A stretch of 64,000 nt of DNA from Candidatus Uhrbacteria bacterium (lineage in GTDB: Bacteria > Patescibacteriota > Patescibacteriia > UBA9934): assembly GCA_943359345.1 (NCBI GenBank), contig CALRHE010000001.1:1995-65994 (forward strand), written 5' to 3'. The notes below the pieces were generated by a model, which worked only from the letters and a program-made list of their open reading frames with translations, did not search any database and was not told where the DNA came from. The translations under genes were made by a program, and so were the position numbers. The stretch's first letter is position 1. Every line of letters starts with the position of its first letter. Positions 40,935 through 51,482 of the stretch are shown here, one piece after another.

Positions 40935-42014
40935 CTACCAAAAAATCACCTTACGCCCGGCCTTAAAAGCTTCATCTACAACCGGGTTGATGAGCTGATC
41001 CATCAGCGGACTAGCTGTTTCTTGATGTTCGATCTTACCAACTACAAACCGTAAAAACTCACGATCAGGTATGCTGCGTAAGGTCTGTGCTCGCGCGCGC
41101 ATGCGCCACAATAACTGCCAGGTTCTAGGCAGAAACCACTGACCAAAAGCCCAAACCTTGGCCTTAATCCAACCACCCTTGAGAGCCAGCGGCCAACTGC
41201 CAAGCTCGATCGCCAGCAACAAGGGGGAGAACAAGATCAGAGTCGCGGGTTTGTAATAAGCATAAGTGACAATATTCCGATACAGCTCCATCCAGGCAAA
41301 CTTTTTAGGATTACGGCTGAATTTATAGTCGTGATAAGCAAATGACTTGGCTGCTAGTACATTCCTATAGCCAGCAAAACGCAGACGCATCCCGAGCTCG
41401 AGATCCTCGTGATACATAAAGAAGCCCTCCTCGAGCAGTCCGACCTTCTTCAAAGCAGTAGCCCTATACAGCACAGCTGCCCCACTGGCGTAAGCAATGT
41501 CTTCCCCGTCGATCACCTTAATCTCAGACATCAACTTGCCGTTGTCACGAGCAAACCCGTAACCGGCGATGTGAATAACGCCGCCCGTCACATTCACCTT
41601 TTCTTGCTCATGCCAGTATCGAACAAGACATTGGACCGAGCCGACCTCAGGCGACGATTCAGCAATCCGTACAGCTTCCGTCATCGAGTCTGGAGCTAGC
41701 TTGAGATCACCGTTATGCAAAAAAACGTAATCAAAGTCCCGCTCGAGTGCATAGCGTATGGCCAGGTTATTGTTGGCTGCGAAACCTCGATTCTGACCAT
41801 CATCAAGCAGTACGACCTCGGGTAAATCTTGGCCGGATCTAGGCACAACGTCGCTCCGAATAGCGTCAGCAATTCCGTCCGGCGAGCCAGCTGGCACCAA
41901 AATAAACGTCAGACGATCTTTGGGATAATCTAACTTGGCAATTGCATCAACAATGTCTTCCAAATACACCTTCATCCCCCAACATAAATACACGATCGCA
42001 ATTTTAGGCTGCAT
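40935..42014 (-). CDS. Glycosyltransferase family 2 (rhamnosyltransferase-like)
   Basis: NRGFAANNN, ASGAA.L, FFMYHEDLE. Confidence 0.88.
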   Translation of the reverse strand: MQPKIAIVYLCWGMKVYLEDIVDAIAKLDYPKDRLTFILVPAGSPDGIADAIRSDVVPRSGQDLPEVVLLDDGQNRGFAANNNLAIRYALERDFDYVFLHNGDLKLAPDSMTEAVRIAESSPEVGSVQCLVRYWHEQEKVNVTGGVIHIAGYGFARDNGKLMSEIKVIDGEDIAYASGAAVLYRATALKKVGLLEEGFFMYHEDLELGMRLRFAGYRNVLAAKSFAYHDYKFSRNPKKFAWMELYRNIVTYAYYKPATLILFSPLLLAIELGSWPLALKGGWIKAKVWAFGQWFLPRTWQLLWRMRARAQTLRSIPDREFLRFVVGKIEHQETASPLMDQLINPVVDEAFKAGRKVIFW

Positions 42015-42020
42015 ATATGT

Positions 42021-42350
42021 TCAGGGTTTATCAACTCTATGAATGGCGATCTGGCGAACAAGTTCGGTGATCTCCTCAGATACTTGTTGCTGTTTTAGTA
42101 ATAAACGATGAACGATGTAAAACAAGACCACGATGCCAATGTAAACTAATAAGTCGGCCCCTCTGCCAACACCCACCTCGGCGGCAATAATGTCCGTGGT
42201 TTGAGGTGTGATGGCCACGCCTGCCACCACTAGCCAGAAAAAACTAACGGCCACCAACCAGTACTTTGAAACTTTACGGGCTGTATAGTCCTTCCAAGTT
42301 TTAAACACGGCGTAGACCGCAAAGACTACCAAAGCAATTTGAAAAATCAT
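42021..42350 (-). CDS. DUF2304 family membrane protein
   Basis: GVGRGADL...ITELVR.IA; adjacent to a DPM-like GT2. Confidence 0.85.
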   Translation of the reverse strand: MIFQIALVVFAVYAVFKTWKDYTARKVSKYWLVAVSFFWLVVAGVAITPQTTDIIAAEVGVGRGADLLVYIGIVVLFYIVHRLLLKQQQVSEEITELVRQIAIHRVDKP

Positions 42351-42351
42351 A

Positions 42352-43029
42352 TTAGCGGACGAATTTCTTCTTGAGTAAGTCCTTGGCAATCACCAAAGCC
42401 CGCCAGGTTGAAGGACTTTTCTTTAAAGTATCTTGTGAATAACGAATAGTCACTGGCTGCTCCTGGTAACGTAAGGACTTAACCTTAATTAAATCTAGAA
42501 TTTCCGAAGCGTGTGCCATGCGATCAAGCGTAATGCGAATATCCTGTGCCGCCTGACGTGATAAAGCTCGAAAACCGTTTTGTGAATCAGTTAACCAAAT
42601 TCCGGACACGGAGTAATTAAATAAGACTCCGGCCCGCAACACCAGGCGACGAGCACGTGGCATGTTCAAGGCTACCTGACCAAGAAAGCGTGAACCAAGT
42701 ACGATATCGGCCTGTCCTAACAAAATCGGAGTAATCAAGGCCTCAATGTCACAGCCCTGCATCTGGCCGTCAGCATCAAAATGCACAATTACATCTGGGT
42801 GTAGATGCAGGATGGCGTAGTCGGTAGCTGTTTGCAAAGCCGCTCCCTGACCGCGATTAATGGCGTGCCTCAGCACTGTCGCTCCAGCCGCCCTAGCCAC
42901 TGCTCCAGATCGATCTCGACTACAGTCATCAACCACCACCACCGCCTGAGTGTAAGTCAAAGCATCAGCAACAGCGGCCCCAATTCGGGTTTCTTCGTTA
43001 TACGCAGGAATAACGGTAACTATGCGCAT
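42352..43029 (-). CDS. Polyprenol-phosphate glycosyltransferase (DPM1-like GT2)
   Basis: IPAYNE, VVDD.S.D, NRGQGAAL, FDADGQ, GSRF, TDSQNGFR. Confidence 0.9.
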   Translation of the reverse strand: MRIVTVIPAYNEETRIGAAVADALTYTQAVVVVDDCSRDRSGAVARAAGATVLRHAINRGQGAALQTATDYAILHLHPDVIVHFDADGQMQGCDIEALITPILLGQADIVLGSRFLGQVALNMPRARRLVLRAGVLFNYSVSGIWLTDSQNGFRALSRQAAQDIRITLDRMAHASEILDLIKVKSLRYQEQPVTIRYSQDTLKKSPSTWRALVIAKDLLKKKFVR

Positions 43030-43106
43030 AGTTGAGAGTAGTCGGTAGATAGTAGCTAGTTAGCACCAAAAACAAATTCTGTCTATGTAGATCACCTACT
43101 AGCTAC

Positions 43107-44111
43107 CTAACCAGCGTTCGTCAACAAAAGTTTATTAGCCCGTACGTAATCAATAGTTTTCTTAAGCCCGTCATCAAGTCTGACCAACGGTATCCAACCA
43201 AGCGTTTCGCGCGCCTTATGCAAATTTGGGAGCCCGAGCGGAATCATGTAAGCCAGCGGTGGTTCATATTCTAGCTTAACCTCGTTTTCGGCTAAGGCCA
43301 TGATTTTGTGCGCCACGTCTGAAATTTTCAAATTAACATCACTCCCCAGGTTAACCGGTCCGATCCCCTTATCGGCTTTCATTAAGCGCAATAATCCATC
43401 AACGACATCAGTGACATAAATCAAGGCCGTCGTAGTTGCAGCATCACCCATAACCAAGAGTGGTTTACCATCCAGTACATTTAAAACAAAGTCCTGAATC
43501 TGATGGCCATGAAAGAGCGGCATGCGCGGGCCATAAGTTCTAAAGATACGCGCGATCTTGGCATCCAAACCATACACGTCAGCGTAGGTAGCAAACATGG
43601 TTTCGGCAAACCGCTTGCCTTCATTTAAGGCAGCGCGCGGGTTCAGGTGGTCGACTATGCCAAGCTCTGTTTCATCAACGCCATCGGAATCGGCCGGTCG
43701 CGCCCCGTAAACTGTACCCGCCGAGGCCAGCAAGACGCGCGCCTTGTATTTAACCGCTGTATCAAGCACGTGCCGGGTACCAACCGAATTAGCCAACAAA
43801 ATTTGCAGCTTAAACTGCTCGTAACCCTTCACGGCCGTAGGCATGGCCAAGTGATAAATTTCCTGGATACCAAGAAACTTCACCTGAAAAGGTTCAAGCT
43901 CAGGAAAAGATTCTAGATCAAAAGGTTCATTAATATCGAGCCTGAGAAATTGAAAATCTGGGTTACGTAACATGGGTTCAAGATTACGCACGTGACCAGT
44001 TGAAAAATTATCAATACAAATCACCCGACAGCCGTCTCTTAACAAAGCCTCGCACAAAAACGAACCTATAAAACCAGCCCCACCTGTGACTAAAACTGTT
44101 TTTTTCTCCAT
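43107..44111 (-). CDS. UDP-glucuronate decarboxylase-like extended SDR with degenerate active site
   Basis: TGGAGFIGS, IYHLA, ARIF.TYGPRM. Catalytic motifs read ASAGTVYG and LNEGKR. Confidence 0.8.
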   Translation of the reverse strand: MEKKTVLVTGGAGFIGSFLCEALLRDGCRVICIDNFSTGHVRNLEPMLRNPDFQFLRLDINEPFDLESFPELEPFQVKFLGIQEIYHLAMPTAVKGYEQFKLQILLANSVGTRHVLDTAVKYKARVLLASAGTVYGARPADSDGVDETELGIVDHLNPRAALNEGKRFAETMFATYADVYGLDAKIARIFRTYGPRMPLFHGHQIQDFVLNVLDGKPLLVMGDAATTTALIYVTDVVDGLLRLMKADKGIGPVNLGSDVNLKISDVAHKIMALAENEVKLEYEPPLAYMIPLGLPNLHKARETLGWIPLVRLDDGLKKTIDYVRANKLLLTNAG

Positions 44112-44112
44112 A

Positions 44113-46170
44113 TTACCAAGCGGCTAAATATCCACCTCTGTCCCCGACCAAGTTATCACCCACACTACTCAATAAGTCACCCGTGTGCGAATACACACTA
44201 ACTGGCCCAGGCGTAGCTTGCGGAGCCAGGACTATATCAGGTTCACCGCTCACATCAATGTCAGCTACGCTCAGACGTAACTCCACACCGTCAGCCTGAG
44301 GAGTAGCAAAACCACCCCAATAAGCCCCGATCTTATTATAGATGCGCACGGCAGCCTCATCACCCTTGCCACCCACAGTTATAATTTCATCGCGATAGTC
44401 GTCGTCCAGATCAGCCGTATCTACCCTAACTCCGCTAAGTTCACCAGGAAAAGCTATAAAATCAACCACTCGTGTACCGTCGATATTATAAACGGCCACG
44501 CGTGATTCTCCGGTCTCTGAGAAAACTACAATTTCTTTCTCCCAGTCGTTATCAACATCAGCAATAGCCACTGACAGTGGCGCCTTATCTGCAAAGCCAG
44601 TCACCGTAAAACGGCTTTTCTCTTGCCCAGTTTGTGACCACACCACTACATCATTGCTCACACCGGCCCCAACCGCAGTCACCACATCCATTTCAGAGTC
44701 AGCGTCAACATCACCTATGGCAATATTTACACCCTTGTCAGAAGCTTTGTCATATGCAAAAAACTCAGATACAACCGCGCCGTATGGCTTAAATATACGC
44801 ACATGTGGCCCGCCACTTGGACCAGCCCCTGTAATAATTTCTGGCACGTTATCACCATCAAGATCTTCGGCCACCACCCGCACGCCGCCGGTAAAGTTAG
44901 TGGTATAAGCCGTAAACGTAGCGTAGGCGGTACCATCGGCCCGATACACCTCAACCGTCGGCAAGTCTCCGGCTGGCGCCCCCAAGGCTACAAACGAGTA
45001 ATAAGCAGAATCAAGGTAATGCTCATCTGCAATCGGCTGGGTGGACTTTGGCTCAGTGCTCACGGGCTTTGTACTATCATTGTCGGCAATGGCTTCTGCA
45101 AAAGATGGTGCCAGGGCTAGAGCTTGTTCGATATTCAATCTGCCAACGCCGATCGAACCGGCCCCACTTAGAGTGGCTTTAATTGGATCCACTGACAGTT
45201 TCAAAATCGTAAACACTTGGGCTGGTGTTAAGCTTGGATATTCTGATAACAACAAACCAGCGGCACCGGCCACGAGCGGGCTTGAAATCGATGTTCCGTT
45301 CCAAGGTCCACCATAAGCTTCGTCGGTTCTATTGGCCGCATCTTGATAATCCAGTCCTGTAATATCTACGCCGGGAGCGCTTAAGTCAGCGCAAGTCGCA
45401 CCGTAATTAGTGAAGTCAGTTTCTTCGTCAGCCAAACCAGTCGCGGTTACGCCTAAAACCCAATCTTCAATCTCAGAATGGTAACAAGCTGGGTAAACTG
45501 GCTGATCGTCCACGTTGACACTATCATTTCCAAGCGCAGCCACAATCACTACCCCGGCCTCATAAGCACGCAGTACCGATGTACGTAATTGCGAACCAGT
45601 GGCCGTACCTGCAAAACTCATGTTAATAACCCTAGCTCCGTTAGCCACGGCGTAATCAATAGCCTCGGCTGTAGTCTCCTCATCACCCACACCGTTCTCG
45701 TTTAAAACTCTAAGCGGCATCACGTCTACCTCCCACAACAAACCAGCATAACCAATGTCATTGTCAGCCTGAGCACCAATCAGACCGGCAATCAAAGTGC
45801 CATGAGACATGGCCCCGGATTCATCGGTAGCCGGCTCTTCAGGTTCTGGAACAGCATCATCATCAACAAAATCCCAACCCTGCACGTCATCAACAAAGCC
45901 ATTGTCATCGTCGTCTCTACCGTTATTAGCTACCTCTGCATCATTGTTCCACAAATTCTCTAATAGATCCGGATGATCCAGATCAACACCAGTATCCAGC
46001 ACCGCAATGATCAAATCGTCAGCGCCGGTTGTGATGTCCCAAGCAGACTCAGCCCCAATCGGACCAAGGTACCACTGATCCCTAAAAAATACGTCATTAG
46101 GCGTTCTGGCCTGCACCCAGGAAAACGGTAACGATAACAAAATGGAAACCGCCAGTAGCAATTTATGCAT
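44113..46170 (-). CDS. Secreted S8 (subtilisin) peptidase with C-terminal FG-GAP-like repeats
   Basis: VLDTGVD, HGTLIAG and GTSISSP triad; repeated D.D.D...EI.. units. Start ATG 46170. Confidence 0.9.
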   Translation of the reverse strand: MHKLLLAVSILLSLPFSWVQARTPNDVFFRDQWYLGPIGAESAWDITTGADDLIIAVLDTGVDLDHPDLLENLWNNDAEVANNGRDDDDNGFVDDVQGWDFVDDDAVPEPEEPATDESGAMSHGTLIAGLIGAQADNDIGYAGLLWEVDVMPLRVLNENGVGDEETTAEAIDYAVANGARVINMSFAGTATGSQLRTSVLRAYEAGVVIVAALGNDSVNVDDQPVYPACYHSEIEDWVLGVTATGLADEETDFTNYGATCADLSAPGVDITGLDYQDAANRTDEAYGGPWNGTSISSPLVAGAAGLLLSEYPSLTPAQVFTILKLSVDPIKATLSGAGSIGVGRLNIEQALALAPSFAEAIADNDSTKPVSTEPKSTQPIADEHYLDSAYYSFVALGAPAGDLPTVEVYRADGTAYATFTAYTTNFTGGVRVVAEDLDGDNVPEIITGAGPSGGPHVRIFKPYGAVVSEFFAYDKASDKGVNIAIGDVDADSEMDVVTAVGAGVSNDVVVWSQTGQEKSRFTVTGFADKAPLSVAIADVDNDWEKEIVVFSETGESRVAVYNIDGTRVVDFIAFPGELSGVRVDTADLDDDYRDEIITVGGKGDEAAVRIYNKIGAYWGGFATPQADGVELRLSVADIDVSGEPDIVLAPQATPGPVSVYSHTGDLLSSVGDNLVGDRGGYLAAW

Positions 46171-46196
46171 ACTAGATAAGTATACAGGATTAGTCA

Positions 46197-46886
46197 TTAC
46201 TCACAGTTCCGTTTCAACGATTCCAGATCATCCTTCAAAGCCTGATTATCAGGCAACAAAACCACCGCTACTTCATAATGGTCAACCGCTTTATCACACT
46301 CGCCCTCGGCTACATACCAGTCACCAAGCCCGGTCATGTTCCAGACTGTTTGACCACGACGAAGTAAATCTTCCTCATAGACCGTCTTTAGATCATCACG
46401 TCGCTCCGGGAAATGATCTAATAAGAAATCAGCATAATCCTCGTAATACTTGGCCACACCTTGACCGACTTCGATGGTTTTAATAAAGGCTGCCTCAGCC
46501 GCCTCCCAGTCCTGCATGTCTTCCAGCACCAAAGCGTAGTTATTCCAAGCTACGTAGTTAATCGAATTAACGGCTAACTGTTTTTCGAGTTGCTCACGGG
46601 CCGTTACCAAATCACCCAAACTATAGGCATCCGAAGCGGCGCTTAAGTACAGGTTTAAATCAATGTCACCTCCGGCGTCTTCCGTGGCTTCAATAGCTGC
46701 CAGCGTAGTGGTCATACGTTGTTCAAAATATTCGCGCGTAGCTTCTTCGAGATCAACCTCAATTGTGGTCACCAAGCCTTTATACGGGTTAACTGGTAGC
46801 CCTGCTAGCCAGAATCCATAACTTGCCATTACTACAATAACCACACCCACCAAACCCTCTATTATCTGCTGTCGAGATAACGTCAT
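46197..46886 (-). CDS. Membrane-anchored TPR protein
   Basis: N-terminal TM; AWNNYA..L....AEAAF.K.I TPR pattern. Confidence 0.75.
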   Translation of the reverse strand: MTLSRQQIIEGLVGVVIVVMASYGFWLAGLPVNPYKGLVTTIEVDLEEATREYFEQRMTTTLAAIEATEDAGGDIDLNLYLSAASDAYSLGDLVTAREQLEKQLAVNSINYVAWNNYALVLEDMQDWEAAEAAFIKTIEVGQGVAKYYEDYADFLLDHFPERRDDLKTVYEEDLLRRGQTVWNMTGLGDWYVAEGECDKAVDHYEVAVVLLPDNQALKDDLESLKRNCE

Positions 46887-46935
46887 ATGTCACCCAGGGT
46901 AGCCGATGCCAACATTTTTGCCAACAGCCCACCAC

Positions 46936-46965
46936 CTCAAACCCGCCCTTGCGGGCGGGTTTGAG
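46936..46965. terminator. Hairpin after the large surface protein gene
   Basis: CTCAAACCCGCCC-TTGC-GGGCGGGTTTGAG, a 13-bp stem. Confidence 0.65.
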
Positions 46966-47017
46966 TGTCTAAACACTTCGGTAAAGAAGCAGAGACGCAG
47001 TCTGAAATCCCTCAGGA

Positions 47018-50000
47018 TTAGAAGACGAGCGTACCACCGCTAACCGTGGTGTTGTCGATAAGGTAGGAACCCCAGAAGTCGTCAGCGCTGCCGGTATGAC
47101 CGGTAACACCATCGTCCTTCCATAGGAACGAACCTGGGATGCGGAAGATACCGTCAGTTACTTCGTATTCATCCGAGTCTGCATCAGCGTCAGCAGCTTC
47201 CATGACAGAGCCAAGGTAGCCACGAACCACTGTCAGATCATTGGTTGTTACAAGTGTAACCAACATGTATTCCTCATCGCTGTCAGGACTACCGCTAGTG
47301 CCACCGGTTGCGCTGTCATCAGCGTCATAGCTAAGGACATCGCCGATAGCGTATTCCGTACCATCGTCAACGGTGATAGTGGTGTCTGTGAGAGCCACAT
47401 CGGCTTCATTAGAACCGTTGTCATCGTAGATGAATGTCCCCGTGATTGGGTCTGAAGGAATGTCCAAGCGGATGGAGTCATCCGTAGTTGCACTAGCACC
47501 TGTGCTGTCCAGGTAAATAGCGAAGGTCTTGGTTTCACCCTTAGGAATAATCTCTGTTGTTGGCAAACGTAGTTGAACGAAGCCAACATCAGCTTCTGTG
47601 GAATCACAAATTGCGCCGGTGGCCTTCAATAAGGTCCATGGGCTATCAGTGCCAGCCAACATTTCCGCCAGACTGTCGTTCTGATCTGAGTCAGAATCAA
47701 GGTCGAGCGTGGTAGTTGTACCGTCGTCGGTAAGGTTGTAGATATCGAAGTCCTGTGGCGCCATTTCACCGGCGTCAGCTGCGTTATCACAAGCGTTCCA
47801 ATCGTTGGTACCCACGTTGGCGTTGTCAGTGGCATTAACCTTGAAGGTCATGCGGCTCAAGACTACGTCCTCGTTAGAGGCTGCAGCCACGTTGAAACGC
47901 AGAACTTCTGAACGGCCAACCACTGAGCTGCCAGACGGACTAAGCGCTGACAAGGTAACTGTCGGTTTGGACTCACGAACTACGAAAGTATGAATGCCAT
48001 CCGTGGTAACGATATCGTCACCGAGAGCACCTTGATCGTCGTCGTCTAGAGTTGCACCTGAACCAATACCGACAGCCTTATAGTTGTCATCATTGGTGGT
48101 ATCAACGAACAGACCAAGACGTACCTTTTCACCAGACGTAGCTGAACCGCCAGCATCACGAGCAATGAGAGGTACATCAACGAAGACCTCAACATCAGAC
48201 GGCGTGCCAACGCTCACATGCATATCAAGTGTCGAGAACTTAGCCTCGTTACCTGACATAGACACGCTCTTGGTACCCGTAGTGCCATCAGCCTTAGGGT
48301 ATTCAATCGTGACCATCTCAACGTTGTTAGCGTAGTTGGTCGATTCACTTGAAGCTGCATCGTCCTCAGCCTGCTCTTCCGAGAAGGTCAAGGTTTCAAC
48401 GCTGAAAGCTTCGTTAGTACCGGTGAAGCGGAAGGTACCCACATGGTTGTCATCACTTGAAGACAAGATGAAGTCAGCCGAAGGCGTACCTGAACCAGCC
48501 GTTATGGCCAATGAACCGCTATCAAGCAAGTTAACGGAGTTGGTTGAGTCAGTAGCGCCGTTTGGAACGTCACCAAGCACTGAAGCGGCGGCCAAAGTAT
48601 CACCGTCGTCATCTTCAGCAACAACATCTGCATCCTCATCAGCGATATCGAAGGAGAATAGGGCGCGGCCAGAGGTGCTGGTGTTGGCAAAGTTACACTT
48701 TACCGTCAGCAAACCGGTGTTACCAGCCTCAATTTCCCAAACAATATCAGCAAAACGAATAGTCTGACCGTTGCTGGCAGGACCTTCTGGGCCATCAAGC
48801 AAGGTAGCGCCATCGTAGAGAGAACAAGACTCAATGTAATCATTGATGTCAGAGTTGGCATCGCCACCAATCACGTACGTTTCAGCCACGTCTCCGTCAT
48901 CACTGGCATCATCAACGCCGTAAGCGCTGAGGGTGAGATCAGTGATGGTTACGTCTGAAGCATCGTTCACAGCGGCGTTCATAGCCAAAACCGTAACACC
49001 GTCAGTACCGTCAACCGTGGTTACGTCACCAGGACTGCTGGCAACGGAGAACGTCAAGGTAGCTGAACGTGCGGTCTGGTTGTAACCAGTGATGTCAGAG
49101 CCTGGCACAATATCGGCAGTTGCCAAGGCATCGCCGTTAACGTCCTCAACTGACAAGCCACTAATGTCAAGAATGACAACTGCGGTTTCGCCAGAGGTCA
49201 GACCGTTATCAACGTCAGCGGTAACCATCAAGTTGAGGGTTTCACCAGCGGACATTGAGAAGTCATCAGTGAAGTCAATGATCTGAAGAGCGTCTTCAGC
49301 CGCACCAGTCAAGCTGGTTTCGTCTGCAGCGTCATCAGTCACGGTATCAAGTTCAAGTGGACCCATGACCACAGCGCCGGTATCGGCATTAATGATCTTG
49401 ATGTCCTTGAAGTTGGCTTCCGAGCCAGTGTTGATCAAACCGTCATCATCGGTAGTTGCACCACCACCTTCTTGACCTTCAGTCGCATCCGGGGTGGCGT
49501 CACCATCGTCGTCAGCACCAATCTGGATGTCCAGATCCTTGACGACTATATCCTGAGCGGCTGTAACAGAGAAGCTGAAGAACTCTTGATCCTGGCTATC
49601 GATTTGAACATCGCTAGCTGAAGGACCGTTGAACGCGATTGTCAATTCACCACCCACGATGGTGCTGAACGAACAATTGCTAGATGACGAAGTACATGAA
49701 CCACCAGTAGCACCGTAGGTACCGTTGGTAGCAATGTCAACCGTCATACCGAAACCGAAGTCGGTTCCAATAGATAGCACATCCACTGCGTTCTCGATAC
49801 CGACCTTGATGGTGTCAGCATCCTGACCGCCAATGTCAGCCGAAACCGTAAAGATGTTGTTACCACCTTCCTCGATTTCAAATGGTGAGTCAGACAAGTC
49901 AAAGACCACCAGGTCTCCGCCAATGTCCTCTCCCATAGCAAGTTCAGTGGTGCCGTCCCACAACTTGAAGTTGTCATGATCTGAAGCTTGGTCGATGTTC

Positions 50001-51301
50001 AAGGTAACCATCTCGATAGACGCACCTTCGGTGCCGCTAGCGGTGGCCTTGAACATACCAATCTCAGCATCAACAGCGCCAATGGTTGGATCAGCAATGG
50101 TACCGGTCTTGTCAATTTCAAGCGTACCGGAATCAGAACCCGTCAAGGTAAAGGTGTTACCTTCAATCGGGAACGAACCATCAACATCGCCAGAACCCAC
50201 GACATCCGCCTCGGCTGCGATTTCGAAGCCAAAGGTATCAGCAGCGGTCTGAGAAGTTGAGATCGTTACACGCACGGTGTAGGTGTGTTCGTCGCCAGCA
50301 CCAATCTCGAGACCGAGATTAGAGAAGGTGACATCACGGGTAGAAGCGTTGACGGTGCGAGACTCAGTCAAACGCGTATTGCCCTCGTACAGGTAAACAG
50401 CGCTGATGTTGGTAGTTGCACCAGCACCGGTCATGCCGAGCACCAATGAATCGAGAGTTGCATCTTCTGAACCAGCCTCAACATCGAAGCTGAAAACTTC
50501 TACCGAGTTGGAGCCACCAGTTAAGGAGACGCCAGCTGGCATAGAAGAAGCCTCAGAAATCTCAAGATCGCCGACCACTTCGGTCATGCCATCTTCAGTC
50601 TGAGCATCGTCAACCAGGGCGAGCTCTTCGCCGCTGATCTCAGAACCCATGGTGAGAGCACTGTCATCAATATTGCTGCCATCCAAGACGAAGGTGTCCC
50701 AGATGTTGTTGGCAGTCATACCAGCTGCAGTAACTTCACGCATTTCACCATCCCAAGACAAGTAGGTTGCCCCACCCATCTCGTAAACAGCACCCTCAAA
50801 AGCAGTTGCGCTCATGAGAGAAGTCCCCACGGTGTAATCATCGAAGAATACGTCCGGTACGTCGATAGTGTTAGCGGCCCAGTTTGAACCAGCAAGATCC
50901 GTAGCTACGGTCTCGGTTTCAATCCAGTGCAAATCACCGTCGCGGCCTACAGCGTAGACCTTAGCGTCGGAAGTCACCTTAATGAAGTGCGTACCATTAC
51001 GAACGACAACGTTGCCGCCCAGGGTGTAGCCAGCGAGCTCGGTGTCCGAGATCGTCATGACATCATCAAAGTCTGCGTGCCATGAGAAGAAGGTCTTCTC
51101 GTTCGGAAAAGCGTAACGCAAGCCATCGTAGCCCTTGTAGTAAACCGTGCTCAAGGAAGTACCCTTGATCAAATCACCAGCTGAAACAGCTTGTGCGGCT
51201 ACTGGACTAACGAGAGCGGCGGCGCCAATAGAAAAAGCGATCGTCGCAGCTGCAATTGCGGCTGAGAAGACGCGCTTTCCTGTGTCTAATACGTGTTGCA
51301 T
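47018..51301 (-). CDS. Very large acidic secreted surface / S-layer-like protein (~1427 aa)
   Basis: Signal peptide ending AQA, GDLIKG..STVYY...RYAFPNEKTFFSW N-domain, repeated Asp/Thr-rich beta modules. Start ATG 51301. Confidence 0.75.
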   Translation of the reverse strand: MQHVLDTGKRVFSAAIAAATIAFSIGAAALVSPVAAQAVSAGDLIKGTSLSTVYYKGYDGLRYAFPNEKTFFSWHADFDDVMTISDTELAGYTLGGNVVVRNGTHFIKVTSDAKVYAVGRDGDLHWIETETVATDLAGSNWAANTIDVPDVFFDDYTVGTSLMSATAFEGAVYEMGGATYLSWDGEMREVTAAGMTANNIWDTFVLDGSNIDDSALTMGSEISGEELALVDDAQTEDGMTEVVGDLEISEASSMPAGVSLTGGSNSVEVFSFDVEAGSEDATLDSLVLGMTGAGATTNISAVYLYEGNTRLTESRTVNASTRDVTFSNLGLEIGAGDEHTYTVRVTISTSQTAADTFGFEIAAEADVVGSGDVDGSFPIEGNTFTLTGSDSGTLEIDKTGTIADPTIGAVDAEIGMFKATASGTEGASIEMVTLNIDQASDHDNFKLWDGTTELAMGEDIGGDLVVFDLSDSPFEIEEGGNNIFTVSADIGGQDADTIKVGIENAVDVLSIGTDFGFGMTVDIATNGTYGATGGSCTSSSSNCSFSTIVGGELTIAFNGPSASDVQIDSQDQEFFSFSVTAAQDIVVKDLDIQIGADDDGDATPDATEGQEGGGATTDDDGLINTGSEANFKDIKIINADTGAVVMGPLELDTVTDDAADETSLTGAAEDALQIIDFTDDFSMSAGETLNLMVTADVDNGLTSGETAVVILDISGLSVEDVNGDALATADIVPGSDITGYNQTARSATLTFSVASSPGDVTTVDGTDGVTVLAMNAAVNDASDVTITDLTLSAYGVDDASDDGDVAETYVIGGDANSDINDYIESCSLYDGATLLDGPEGPASNGQTIRFADIVWEIEAGNTGLLTVKCNFANTSTSGRALFSFDIADEDADVVAEDDDGDTLAAASVLGDVPNGATDSTNSVNLLDSGSLAITAGSGTPSADFILSSSDDNHVGTFRFTGTNEAFSVETLTFSEEQAEDDAASSESTNYANNVEMVTIEYPKADGTTGTKSVSMSGNEAKFSTLDMHVSVGTPSDVEVFVDVPLIARDAGGSATSGEKVRLGLFVDTTNDDNYKAVGIGSGATLDDDDQGALGDDIVTTDGIHTFVVRESKPTVTLSALSPSGSSVVGRSEVLRFNVAAASNEDVVLSRMTFKVNATDNANVGTNDWNACDNAADAGEMAPQDFDIYNLTDDGTTTTLDLDSDSDQNDSLAEMLAGTDSPWTLLKATGAICDSTEADVGFVQLRLPTTEIIPKGETKTFAIYLDSTGASATTDDSIRLDIPSDPITGTFIYDDNGSNEADVALTDTTITVDDGTEYAIGDVLSYDADDSATGGTSGSPDSDEEYMLVTLVTTNDLTVVRGYLGSVMEAADADADSDEYEVTDGIFRIPGSFLWKDDGVTGHTGSADDFWGSYLIDNTTVSGGTLVF

Positions 51302-51482
51302 AATTACCTGAATCCTTTTTTTCCTCTTGAAGGGTTTCCCCACTCAAGGGGTAAAGAATAGAGGTGACACCCGACCGTGCGGTCCCGACCTTTTGAAGGT
51401 ATCCACCTGGGGAGATGCGATTGCAATCCCTTTGTCCCGCACCTTGCTAACATCGGTGTCAGCAAGGTGCGGGGTGAAGGTT

